Part shown: piece by piece, positions 40,682 through 52,728 of the stretch
Numbering within the stretch: the first letter of the stretch is position 1
Layout of the letters: the number at the start of each line of letters is the position of its first letter
Assembly (NCBI RefSeq): GCF_018350175.1
Contig: NC_058368.1
Span: 105,898,001-105,962,000 of the forward strand
DNA: 64,000 nt
Reading direction: 5' to 3'
Source: Felis catus
Lineage: Eukaryota
The notes under the pieces: generated by a model
Told to the model about the DNA's origin: nothing
Database searches by the model: none
Seen by the model: only the letters and a program-made list of their open reading frames with translations
Made by a program: the position numbers and the translations under genes

Positions 40682-40799
40682 ATTCCATCTTTTGATCACA
40701 CTCTCAACCTAACTAATGTGATAAAAAATTTTTTTTAAGAGAGAAGTCCTACTCTCACCTACTGCTAAAGAGTTATTGCAGTTTTTTGCTGAATCTCTC

Positions 40800-42200
40800 T
40801 GCAGCATTCACAGGTCACAGCATCAGGTTCACATTCTTTAAGTTCTTCGCTGCTTTTCTGACATTCTACTCTTAGGGAGATCATTTGCTTCATAGTTAGC
40901 AGCTGCGAACATGCATTTAAAGCTTTTGAGAAAACAGTGTGCCAGGGAGACTGCTGCAATTAGGATAAACAGGATAATTCCCAATTCCCAGGGTCAATTT
41001 GGAGCCACGGACCCCCAAACCCAAACTAATCAGAATCAAATATGTCAAAGAAAGGGCCTATTGAAGGAGTCACTTTCTTTCTTTTTTTATTTTATTAAAA
41101 AAATTTTTTTTAATGTTTATTTTTGAGAGAGAGAGAGAGACAGAGCGTGAGCTGTGGAGGGGCAGAGAGTGGGAGACACAGAATCGGAAGCAGGCTCCAG
41201 GCTCTGAGCTATCAGCACAAAACCCAACACAGGGCTCAAACCCATGAGCTGTGAGATCGTGATCTGAGCTGAAGTCGGAAGCTTAACTGACTAGGCCACC
41301 CAGGTGCCCTTGAAGGAGTCTCTTTCTTAAGGCGAGTGACTTGTTCAGTGATCCTATGTAGCTGAGTCTCAACTTCTCCAGAAGGTTCCATCCAAGTGCA
41401 GCACATGGTGTTGACCATACTGCAAACACCTTCTCGTTCAGCTAAAAGATAATCAAGGACTATCCTATTCTCAAGAACAACTTTGGCCAGAGGGTTAAGG
41501 GACTTTCATCAGGCAGCTGTTGCTTCGGCAGCAGAGTCTGCAATATCTTTCAGAGTTGAGATGTTCCTGATCATAGCCTCATTTGTGCTTACTTTTATCC
41601 AGAGGACTAGGGATTTGCCGAAAGAAGAAAATTTTGAATTAAGAAGGTCTCCTGCTACTTTGGATTTGAGTAAGTGGATTGGGACTGGAAACATGACAGC
41701 TATGAAAGCCGGTAAAATATAAGGAAGGGTCTGCAGACCATACAGGAAGCTTTATTCTGGTTACCATTGCCTTGTGTCCTTTCTTTGTGTAGAGCCTAGG
41801 TGTAAGGTTCCCAAGGTTGAGGCTGTTCCTGGAGATATGGAAATAGACACCCAGGGTTAGGCAGCCTGACATGAGAGAGAGCAAGCTGAGTTTGTTCCAG
41901 AAAAACTGAGGCATTGGAAATCCGGGAGAAGTGTGTGATGGGTAGAACTACAGGATCACCAGCATTGTGGCACATACCACAATCCTTCGGAGGGTTGACT
42001 GTCCCCGTTGCCTGAGAGATATGACAACAGTAGCATTCTTTCCAGACCAGAGCAAGGAAAAAAGTCGACAAAAGAATCCTAAAGATCCTCCTGGAGGATC
42101 AATGAGGAAAAGAATTGTCAGAGAGCAAAGGAGGAATAGAGAAAAGTGTTCTTGATCTGCTCTGCCTTCTTGGGAGGAAGTGGTCTATCTGGATGTTCGC
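40800..42200 (-). pseudogene. env: Decayed retroviral env (SU CxxC, ISD, CX6CC, TM helix), interrupted by a Can-SINE at ~41081-41309
   Basis: Minus frame reads ..EAMIRNISTLKDIADSAAEATAA**KSLNPLAKVVLENRIVLDYLLAEREGVCSMVNTMCCTWMEPSGEVETQLHRITEQVTRLK; TM helix LGIILFILIAAVSLAHCFL at ~40930-40985; SU motif DCGMCH in ORF 41796-42071. Confidence 0.9.
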
Positions 42201-42244
42201 TACCTCTCTTTCTTGTCAATTTTATTTGGAGTTCTCAGTGTTTG

Positions 42245-42365
42245 CACAAGACCAGATGTCAGGTGGAGCCTTGCTTGGTTGTATGATGTGCACTCTGGTA
42301 CTGACACCTTGTGATTTGGCAGGAGGGTCAGCAGTCAAGAGTACTGGGAGGGTGCTTCCCATGAT
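42245..42365 (-). pseudogene. Integrase C-terminal remnant
   Basis: WEAP/..VLLTADPPAKSQGVSTRVHIIQPSKAPPDIWSC resembles the gamma-type W.GPY.VLLTT..A.K.QG...WIH....K.APP motif upstream of env. Confidence 0.7.
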
Positions 42366-43169
42366 TCTCACGTTTACCAAAAATCATCAGAATAGGACAG
42401 TAACTATAAATGACAAAAGACTTAAAATGCTGATGGCAAAAGATCTGATGAGAGTTTATTTGATAAGGAAATGCAATTATTTCTGTAGCATATAATTGGA
42501 CGATGAAAGTACTGACAAATTTCTGGAAACTTCAAACAATTTATGGAATATCTACGTTAGTACCATACATCCACACACAACCCAAGAACATTTATCATCT
42601 TATTTGACAATGCTTCCCATATAACTTAGCAAACCAAATAGGCCTAATTAGTTTAACAGTTCTCTTTTTCAAGGTGAGAGACAAATTCTTTGAGATCTTC
42701 CAGGGATACTGGGAAATCTCAGTTAGTTTGTGGGACAAAGAATTCATTTAGAATTTAATTTTGACAAAATGTCAAAGGGTTTGAATACTTGATTAAATAG
42801 GATCACAGATCATTATGGAATAATACTTGATTACTTATTTAACCAAAGGGACAATATAAGATGTTAAAGGCAAATAGAGAAGGTTATATAGCTGTAAAGA
42901 AAACCTAGTTCTTTTAATATTGGGAAGACTAGGTTTTCTTCAGTAATCAAAGACCTGATAACGACAACATGATGCATAGCAAATTATTTTGGTAATACAC
43001 AAAATGTTTGCTGTCCTAGGCTGGTAACTTAAAAGGTAAAAAAACAAAAGCTCTGTTTGTAATTTCTTAAGAGCAGACCTATAACAAAGAACACTTGGTC
43101 CTTTTTACAGAGTTAAAACCAAATCCTAACTTTGTACCTGTATACTTTTGGTGTTTAAACTCATCTTTT

Positions 43170-43889
43170 AGGAGCATCTTGGTGGCTCAATTGGTTAAGC
43201 GTTCAACTCTTGATTTCTACTCAGGTCAATGTCTCATGGTTCCTGGGTTTGAGCCCCAAGTCAGGCTCTGTGCTGACAGTGCACAGAGCCTGCTTGGGAT
43301 TCATTCTCTCTCTCTCTCTCTGCCCCTCCCCCACTTGTGAGGTTTGTGGAAAACCTCTCTCTCAAAACAAACATTTAATAAAAACCTCATTAAAAAAATG
43401 TATATACATCCATTCCCCTCTTAGCCACACTTGAAATTATTTTCCCAAGCTTACTTTTCCACAAACATGCAACATTTTTATATCCATTATGCACACACAC
43501 ACATACACATACATATACATATACATGTATTATCCTTTACATCAACATACAGAGATCTTTAATTAAGATGGAAATAAAGATTCTTATGTTCTACATTTAG
43601 AGTTCATGTCTTTGGAATGTTTGAGTAAATCCTTCTACAAGGGCTTCAGAATATTTTTCTTTCCCTTTAGGTACATAGTTTCATTTTAGCTTAGTAGAAG
43701 AGAAGGCCTTTTAAAAGTCCCTATCAGACTCCTCGGGAGCCTATGTGGCTCAGTTATGCGTCTGAATTCAGCTCAGGTCATGATCTTGTGGTTCAAGAGT
43801 TTGAGCCCCACATCTGGCTCTGTGCTGACACAAGGACCCTGCTTCGGATCCTCTGTCTCCTTCTCTCCCTCTCTCTCTGCCCTTCCCCT

Positions 43890-43933
<44 letters not shown>

Positions 43934-44285
43934 TTTCTCTCTCTCAAAAATAAACAAATATTTAAAAATAAATAAGACTTTGAATATCAGCTTTCAATTC
44001 GGCTAACTACTGACCTTAGAGCTATTAAAAAAAAATTCATGGGGCACCTGGGTGGCTCAGTCGGTTAAGCCTCCAACTTCAGCTCAGGTCATGATCTTAC
44101 AGTTGGGTGAGTTACAGCCCGGGGTCAGCTCTGTGCTGACAGCTCATAGCCTGGAACCTGCTTCGAATTCCATGTCTCCCCTCTCTCTCCCCCTCCCCTA
44201 CTCGTGCTCTGTCTTTCAAAAATAAACATTAAAAAAATAAAATTAAAAAAATAAAATTAAAAAAATAAAATTAAAAAAATAAATC
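43170..44285 (+). mobile_element. Three Can-SINEs inside the provirus (~43170-43390, ~43735-43975, ~44041-44285)
   Basis: SINE heads and tails. Confidence 0.9.
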
Positions 44286-45177
44286 TTTTGAGTGTCTTGT
44301 TAGGTTTCACCCAACACAAAAGTAAAAATTCCTGGTCGTATTGAATAATCCCATGGACTGAAGAGGCATCCTTAAAGAGGTGCAAAAGATACTCCCTTCC
44401 CCAGACCCGGAGTCACTCTCAAGGAGAACCAAAATAAAAACTGAGACAACAGCTCTGAGATCTGGCAACAGTTGGTAGGACCCTACTCACGAATGGAGCA
44501 ATGACCTCATCTCTGTCAGGCTGCAGATAGGGAGCAGGGTCCATTTCTGTGCCTCCACGTTTTGGGGGGCCCCCACTGAGAGGGTTGAGCTGCCTGCACA
44601 CACAAAAAAATCTGCATGATCCAGTCAGGCAGAAAGCAAGTCACGTTCTCAGGACAGGCAATGAGACCAGTAAGAAGGCCACACCCATCCCTGGGAGAGA
44701 GAGAACCAACCACGAATGGTACCCGAACGCAAAGCCACGAATCACAGGGCAAAGACCCAATCCTTCCAAGTGTTGTTGCCTGCCACTCTGCAGGGAAGGG
44801 ACAATGTGAGAGTCTACCATCCTTTCTGCACCAGGCCTCACAGGTGCAGGTCTGTAAGCATTGCTTTGATAAGAATCCTCACCCTGTGCTGGTTTCTGCC
44901 AGTTTTCCCAGGATCCTGGCAAGCAGTCTTTGCGGTCAGCAGGGTGTCCCGGTGGATCCCATCCTGGTGCCCGGAAACTGCAGAGGAGGAAAAATACATC
45001 TTCCTCTACCTCTTACAGTTAGTGGTTGGCAGAGACCTGTTTTCCCAGGGCGCCTTGTAAGCGGATGAGCTTGTCTGTGGGAATAGTTCTCCACGGTGGC
45101 CACACCCTACTTCTTCAGTCCGAAAACCAAATTTTATTCGCCCAATGCGTCACACTGCACCCGCTCCAGCTTAAGCG

Positions 45178-45590
45178 GTACCCAGCGCCTCCCCTGATCC
45201 GGTCCGGTTTCCGGACGGGACCCAGTGTGCCTCCCTGGATTTGGTCCGGTTTCCGGATGGGAACCAGCGACTCCCCGGATCCGGTCCGGATTCCAAAAGG
45301 GATCCAGGGCCTCCCCGGGATCCGGGCCGGTTTCTGAAAGGGACCCAGCGCCTCCCGGATCCGGTCCGGTTTCCAAATGAAACCCAGCGCCTCCACGAAT
45401 CCGGTCTGGTTTCCGGACGGGAATCAGTGCCTCCCCGGATTCAGTCCAGTTTCCAAGTTGGACCCAGCGCCTCCCCGGATCCGGTCCGGTTTCCAAAGTG
45501 GACCCAGGGCCTCCCCGAATCCGGACCGGTTTCCAAGATGGACCCAGCGCCTCCCAGGATTCGATCAGGTTTTCAAGTCAGACCCAGTTG
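45178..45590. repeat. CpG-rich minisatellite, 10 x ~40 bp (consensus GACCCAGCGCCTCCCCGGATCCGGTCCGGTTTCC + variable 6 nt) in the ERV leader
   Basis: Units start near 45178, 45219, 45261, 45301, 45342, 45381, 45421, 45461, 45501 and 45541. Confidence 0.95.
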
Positions 45591-45821
45591 GACTCCTGCC
45601 AGTTTTCAGACTCAATGCAGCAAAAAGAAATGTCCAATTAAAGTCTGAAATCTCCTAAGGCAAAATCTGCAAAGCCGGGTTCTGAGGGCGACTCTCCCCG
45701 GGCCTCCAGAGGTGGTGAGGAAACAGCTAGCTCCAAGGCACATCAGGTACGTTCATCTGGTTGCTCTTTGGTGCTGGAGGTCATTGGGGGTGTCCTTCAG
45801 CTCCCCTTCTGAAGCGGGAGC

Positions 45822-46208
45822 TATTAAAAGAAAAACTGAGATGCATTAAAATTTGTAGGAGTTCATATGAGCAAAAATCAATTGGAATCGGGTGGTATCC
45901 AATCTAACAGGTAGAAAGGACCTCTGAGGAGATGTTAAGGATCCAAAACTTACAGGCAGAAAGGAGCAGAAACAAGGAGGCTTTAGGAGGCGGAAAAACC
46001 AGGTTGGTTATTGCATGGTTTTCTTTTCTTTAGGGGGTGGCACGGGTCTATCAGGCAGATTACCCAGCTGGGGCTGATCAGGTGATTGCTGATTGACTGA
46101 TTTAAGATGATCATTTTCGGAAGAGCCAAAGCTATGATTAAGTCAGTTTGGTGATGTGGGGCTTAGTATAAACTGTTCAATTTTGGGCCTGGTGCCTTGT
46201 TTTTAACA
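45822..46208 (-). mobile_element. 5' LTR of provirus
   Basis: Begins TGTTAAAAACAAG on minus; homologous to 40329-40681. No clear PBS recognised. Confidence 0.85.
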
Positions 46209-46224
46209 GAATTACAGCTGCCGT

Positions 46225-46445
46225 AATAATGACAGTGGCTAAAATACACGCCAGGCTTTATGCTAAGAGCTACACAAATGTTTAGCACATTTTTATCCTC
46301 ACAATAATCCTGAAGACATGGGTATGCTTATTATTTCCATTTTTTTGAGACAAGGAAACCTAGGCAAAGAGTTGAAGTACTTGCCCATGGTTCCATAACT
46401 GAAGGTAATAAAGCCAGGATTTGAGCCCAAAAGTCGTGCTCCAGA
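46225..46445 (-). mobile_element. MIR SINE
   Basis: Minus reads 'tctggagcacgacttttgggctcaaatcctggct...gggcaagtacttcaactc...gtttccttgtctc', i.e. the MIR core. Confidence 0.85.
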
Positions 46446-47296
46446 ACAGGTGTTTGCCTGGGACAAATCTCTGGGCAAGGTTTTGTAGCATGTATACACA
46501 GAAATTAAATAGTTGGGTCACAAGGTGTGAGCATTTTATTATTTTCAGTATCACTGTTCCGGTTTATATTCCCCACAGCACTGAATGAACGTTTCAGGCT
46601 CAGGTCTCTCTCCTCATGCAGAGAGCTTACTGGTAATGATACTATGCATGATCTAAACTAGTCATCTATCTGCTGACCGTCTGAAGCCTAGGAGACGTGT
46701 GCCTTCAGCTCCACTTAGCATATTGAGTTTCTTTTGTTGTTGTTCTTTTATCTTTTTTGGACATGGCTATCTTTTCAGTTTTTCTCTTTTGTACTTAATA
46801 ATTACATGTTTGGGTAGAGAGCAGTCCTAAAACATGAGCTTTAGCACCACCTGGACTTTCAATTCTATTCATCTGCTCTAACCACCAAATATTTCTTAAA
46901 ACTCTTCTCCTTTGTTCCATTACCAAAAATTCAACATGTTTGTGTTGATCATCTTCTTGATGAGCTAGATACAGGGCGTACAAAAACAAATAAGGAAGAA
47001 TTCTTTTCTCTGAAGACCTTGCAAAGGAATTAGCCATATAAACAACTAATTATAATGAAATGTGATAAATACTAGAATGGAAGTATAATCGTACTCTGTG
47101 AGAATATACATGACAAAGTATTTATTTTTGCTTGAGGTGGGGCTTAGGGATGGTGACATATATGCTGGAAATTGAAAATGAGTAGGGTTTTCTTAAACTC
47201 TGAGGAAAAAAGTGAAGGTATTTAGCAAAAGTGAGGAATATAAACAATAACTTGAAGGCCTGAAAGTTCATAGCATTTTCAAGAATCAGCAAGTTG

Positions 47297-47522
47297 GGGG
47301 GCGCCTGGGTGGCTCAGTTGGTTAAGCGTCCGACTTCAGCTCAGGTCACGATCTCGCGGTCCGTGAGTTCGAGCCCCGCATCGGGCTCTGGGCTGATGGC
47401 TTGGAGCCTGGAGCCTGCTTCCGATTCTGTGTCTCCCTCTTTCTCTGCCCCTCCCCCATTCATGCTCTGTCTCTCTCTGTCTCAAAAATAATAAAATAAA
47501 CATTAAGAAAAAATTTTAAAAA
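47297..47522 (+). mobile_element. Young Can-SINE
   Basis: TSD AAGAATCAGCAAGTT (47281-47295 / 47523-47537); CpGs largely intact. Confidence 0.95.
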
Positions 47523-48519
47523 AAGAATCAGCAAGTTGGGCAATTCATATGGTGAGTGGTGGCAATTGGGTTGCCTGGGATGGTAACTGAGAGGTGGGAG
47601 CTGGGTCACAGCTCACTCCCACCTCCCTGGTTTGGCTTTTATTGATTTTGTATACAGTCTAATTTTACCTATCACTTTTCCCTTAAAGATTTTTTTTTTT
47701 TTTTACCACAGGAACTCTTAATGATTTATACCACTTTTTAGACAATGACTCCTTTTTTCCCAGTACAATGATTTTTTTACCATAAAGTCCACTAAATAAG
47801 CATACCGAACAAAGTTGTACTTTTAACATTCTTGTTTGAAGCAAAAGCACACTTACAAATTTGTTTTATACAATAGTTTCTAGTCAAAGAATATTCCACG
47901 GCACAAATTTGAAATGCATGCTAAGTTTGGATGAACCCAGATGTGTTGCTTTGCCTGTGGATGCCAAGCAAGAGGAATAAACCTGTATTCTCTTTACTGC
48001 CTTTCCCTCTTTTGCACGTATACTATTTTCTCATGCTTTAAAACACAGAGTTTTCTGGGCAAAGACTCCAGTCTTTTCTATTTATGTCAAAGCCTTCCAT
48101 ATCAGGTAGTTATCTTAGAGTTTAAGTCTCAAGGGAAAGAGAATTGTCAAGCCCATATGATTTTGATATTGAATGCCTGCCTGGTATTCAAACACCTGAC
48201 TTTCTACCACCCTTCAAAGAATGATACTTCATTCCTCCTCCAGCCATCATAAATCTTTCTCCTTTTAGAATATAATAAAACTTCATTATATTACTTTGTA
48301 TGTGCAAACAGTATTCACTTTCAAATTGATTATTTGTTATTAACATGTTTTTCTTATTGACTTGATGTATTATCTGAGAAAAATGTCGGGTTATTAGACT
48401 GGTACGGATGCATTCATATTTAACAAATTTTCACTTAAGAGCATTATTTTTAGAAATGCATTAAGGTCATTACAGAAGGAATAGATGTGTTTGGATTCCA
48501 TAGAAGGCCATTTGTAAGA

Positions 48520-49178
48520 GCACAATTAATTAAAAAAAAAATTCCAGTCTACTTCTATAGATTGACAAGATTATTCCTGTTGCTTCTAATTCCAAGAAAA
48601 TAATTCAATTCTGACCACTAAGTGAGAGCAGATAATTTATTGGGAAAAAAGTTATTGTATTCGTCATTTCACCAAAGTCTGTGTGAAACATCTAGTCAGG
48701 AAGGGTAAGAGTGAGAGCTGCTGGGGGTCACAATAGCCAGAGATCCAGGGCTATCTTTTAAAAGATATATAGAAAGAGCAGGGGAGAAAGGCAGATAAGG
48801 AGAGTGAAAGAATCATAAGCAGGCTTCATGCTCAGCAAAGAGCCCAATGTGGGGCTTGATCCCATGACCCTGGGATCATGACCTGAGCTGAAATTAAGAG
48901 CTGGACGCTTGAACAACTGAGCCACCCAGGCGCCCCAGGGCTATCTTTTATTATTTGTGCTGCCACTCTTTTCTGCCTCATTCTTGTCTATCTCTCCCTC
49001 ACATTCCAGTTCCAAGGAGAGATATCTAATTGGCATGGACTGGGTTATTCCTATATTTTAGTGACTACTTTGGAAAACAGTTTCTCAAAGTAGGTTTTTT
49101 TATTAACTATGAAAATGAGTAAAGTGTACTTAGTGTAGGAGAAACAACAGAAATCCACCAGATTCTATCAATAGTCTA

Positions 49179-49234
<56 letters not shown>

Positions 49235-51400
49235 GTTTTCCTCCATATATGAAAATTTTCAAATACCCTCAGGTGACATAATCAATCTCAAATAGAACAT
49301 ACTCTGAGCCCTGTGGAGTAGATTAACCAAATGATAACCATTTTAAGGCATTCATCTTCAAGTCTAGAATCTCTGGATTATATATCATCCTTGTTTCTGC
49401 AGCTACTTACCAGCTGTTTATGTCTTCCCTTAACAACCCTTTATATGTATTGGTGTTGTTGTCATTGTTGTTTTTTTCTAAACATGTATTAAATAGTGGT
49501 GGCCTTATGGTAACCTTCACATGGGACATAACTATTATCAGCCTTGGTCAATTCTGAGAGTTTCATTTGGGCAAACCATTACCTGTGCCTATGACTCAGT
49601 ATGGAAACTCTTCTCAGTTCTTTAAAGAGGACATAAAGAAAGGTGTAATTCAAAATACCATCAGTTGGAGAGACTGTCTTTCTCCACTGTCTTTTAGGGC
49701 CACCCATAAGTAGGACTGAATTACATTTAGAGAGGAGCGTGGAGCACCATCTGAAGACCAAACTAGTTTTTCATTCTCCATCATCCAATCAAAGGGAATT
49801 GCTAGCGAATCTATAGATAGGGATTTAGGAAAAAGTAAGGGTGTCTTTTAAGTATTTGAGATGACATAAATCTCTCAGATACTTCCATGTGGCAAACTAC
49901 TGGCTATTCACAAAACTCATCATTCTTTTATTCTCTCTGGAGTTATTTCTAGGCTATTTGTAGCAGCTTCCTTTCTTGTGAAGTGTGATCATATGACTGT
50001 GTTCTACCTCACGGAATTGTAAGGTACCATTTCAGGCAAAGACGTTTAAAAAGTTTTGGGCTTCTTTTGCAGTTTTTTAAATCTTCCCTGATACACTGTA
50101 TATGTAGAGGATAGCAGTGCTCTAGGGGATGGCAGTAATTTAAGAAGCAGAGATTCTGGATCTCTGAACCACTGTGTGGATGAGTGCTGCCAGCAAGGAA
50201 CACCCATACTGGGATGTCACATGCATGAGAAATCTACCTCTGTTGGATTAAATGCCTGAAGCTCTACATGTATTGTAGAAATTAGTATTAATCCCTGGGT
50301 TGAGAAACACTAATGTCTTGCATTTGGTTCTTCGTACTACAATGGCCTTTATATCAGTGGCCACTGAACTAGCATAGGGATTCTGCCATTGGCCAAAGAC
50401 GCCTACCCAAGTATACACCAGTAAGCTGGAAAGTAGTCACCGGATAGATTTGTTGTTCCATCGGCCTTGGCAAGTACTCCATTTTGGCGCTTGATCCCAC
50501 TGGCCTCATTCTGACTATTAGACCACAGTGACTTTATGGCTTTCTCAAACTAAGGTTAACTAGAACTCTTTATCCAGTTCTGCCTAAAAGATTTAGGTAG
50601 TTCTCTGTCTTGTTTTTCACAACGCACATTACCTTATGTTGATTTAGAAGTCTGGAAGAAAGGACTAGAGAACATAATATGGTGCTACAGAATATCCGTC
50701 CTTAACATGTATGATTTTGACTTTATTCCAGGGTCTCTAAGTATGGGAAATTGACTCAGAGGCCATGAATGTAGTATGGATAGCTCAATTTGGTCTTTAG
50801 AATATTTTTGGTTATATAGATCTAGTAAAATTATACTACCTATTACTCATATATCTGTGGTTCCATGATTTTTTTTTTTTTAATTTTTTTTTCAACGTTT
50901 ATTTTTATTTTTGGGACAGAGAGAGACAGAGCATGAACGGGGGAGGGGCAGAGAGAGAGGGAGACACAGAATTAGAAACAGGCTCCAGGCTCCGAGCCAT
51001 CAGCCCAGAGCCCGACGCGGGGCTCGAACTCACGGACCGCGAGATCGTGACCTGGCTGAAGTCGGACGCTTAACCGACTGCGCCACCCAGGCGCCCCTGT
51101 GGTTCCATGATTAATAAACCTCAGCTGGAGGTCTCTGTGTGTCTGGCAATCTTGGAACTCAGATGATCATGCTGACTCTCTTGTCTGCTAGGAAAACCAG
51201 TGATAATATTCTGCTTGTACACACTGGTGCTTTTTAGTGGTCAGCATCCATTTTGATTCTTGGTGCCTGCCTCCTATTGGTCATTAATTGTTTTGAATGT
51301 ATGCCCTGATAGTAAAGGTGAATGCTGTATGTCTGCCACTACCTGGACTTGGCAGGTCTGAGTTCTTCCCAATCATGTTGATATCAGTAAGCCCAGTTAT
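48520..51400. mobile_element. MaLR/ERVL LTR and internal fragments, with Can-SINEs at ~48755-48936 (-) and 50871-51097 (-) and (CA)n at ~49179-49232
   Basis: MLT1-like segments at ~48520-49100 and ~49980-50290; ERVL/MaLR-internal-like sequence between. Boundaries approximate. Confidence 0.5.
50871..51097 (-). mobile_element. Young Can-SINE
   Basis: Perfect TSD TGTGGTTCCATGATT (50856-50870 / 51098-51112). Confidence 0.95.
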
Positions 51401-51874
51401 CAGGGTTGAGAGCTACATGGGATGATCATTTCAGAGGATATATATGTATATATCTCAGAGGATATATATCTTGGAGAAAAATGAAGTTACATTTCTCATT
51501 CATATGGTTTTGACTTGTGACAAATTTATATCTACTATAGTAATTTAAAATTAAAGTATGATATAAAGTACTTTAAACCAAAATTTTCAGTTAAATACAA
51601 CTAATGAAAAGTTTTTATTCCTGAGGCTACCAGAAAGAAATAGAAGACTGGCCATCATGGAAAAGCCACATTTTGCTGGTATTACTCGCACGTGTTTTGC
51701 AGCTTTCAAAAGCTCAGTAATTCACATCTTTTCTTTTCCAAATATTTGAGTAAAAAATAATATTTCAGGAAGATGTGAACCCATTATTCTGCTACTTACC
51801 TCTGTGCACACATATACCCTATTATGAGATGCATGGGGAAAAGTTATAGATTCAATCGGATGTCCAGTAAAAAG

Positions 51875-51906
51875 TTTTTTTTTAATTTTTTAAATGTTTA
51901 TTCATT

Positions 51907-51980
<74 letters not shown>

Positions 51981-52147
51981 CGTGCACGCATGCATCGGGC
52001 AGGAGCATAGAGAGGGGGACAGGGGATCTGAAGTGGGCTCTGAGCTGACAGCAGCGAGCCTGATGCAGAGCTCAAACTCATGAACCATGAGATCACAACC
52101 TGAGAGTAAGTTGGAAGTTGAACCGACTGAGACACCCAGGTACCCCC
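51875..52147 (-). mobile_element. Can-SINE with (GA)n(TG)n expansion
   Basis: TSD-like 'ccagtaaaaagttt' on both sides. Confidence 0.9.
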
Positions 52148-52728
52148 AGTAAAAAGTTTAAAGTCATTCTTTTTCAGTTAAGTAAGGACTTTGTCATGTG
52201 TTGAGAGTCAAAGAGTGGGAAAAGAACGATGTGCTCAAGGATAGTGGTGAATAGTAAAGTTTACAATTAGCTTTGGGGAATTAGGAATGGGTTAGAAGGG
52301 TAAAATGACTACCAACTAGTGATAACCCTTTCTTCTGACATAGCTAAGAGATCATGATCTGGAGTGGAATTGAAGCCAAGCAATCATCCTTCTGCTGTTG
52401 CCATATTGCCTACAACGGGTTCCTTGGGTAGCTCTTTACACATCACTCCGAAGCTATTTAGTCAATGAAATAATGTTTGCTCCAGGTATTAAGATGGATC
52501 TACAGTGGTGGGATCTGAATGAATATTCCTTTTAATTGATATTCCAATTCTGAGTAATTAGGAAAAATGTTGAGGTGGTAGTTGATGCCCCATGGTTGCA
52601 GTACTAAAAGTAGAATATAGTGGAAGCCTTCCTTAGATCTGAGAGTGAATAGCATGTACCAATACAACATAAAAAATCATAGACTCTGTATGTTTTTCTC
52701 TAGTGCTTCATTAAGAATACAAGACATA

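Larger units (their letters stand above)
40329..46208 (-). mobile_element. Non-autonomous ERV1 (gamma-like) provirus with two LTRs
   Basis: Homologous LTRs 40329-40681 and 45822-46208 (shared 'aaactgagatg', 'gagcaaaaatcaatt', 'ggtctatcaggcagattac', 'gtcagtttggtga..tggggcttag'); outer TG..CA termini; near-match 4-bp TSD GAAC/GAAT; purine tract AAAAGATGGAAT before the 3' LTR on minus; IN C-terminal and env remnants. Confidence 0.9.

Noticed and set aside
40800..42200. Functional syncytin-like gene
   Set aside because: In-frame stops, frameshifts, a SINE insertion and a degenerate furin site.
45178..45590. CRISPR-like array (conserved palindromic repeat plus variable part)
   Set aside because: The variable part is only ~6 nt and related between units; no cas genes; mammalian ERV context. 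It is a minisatellite.
45026..45658. Overlapping 90-135 aa ORFs with repeated peptides
   Set aside because: By-products of a GC-rich tandem repeat with a 40-bp unit (not a multiple of 3); no protein homology recognised.
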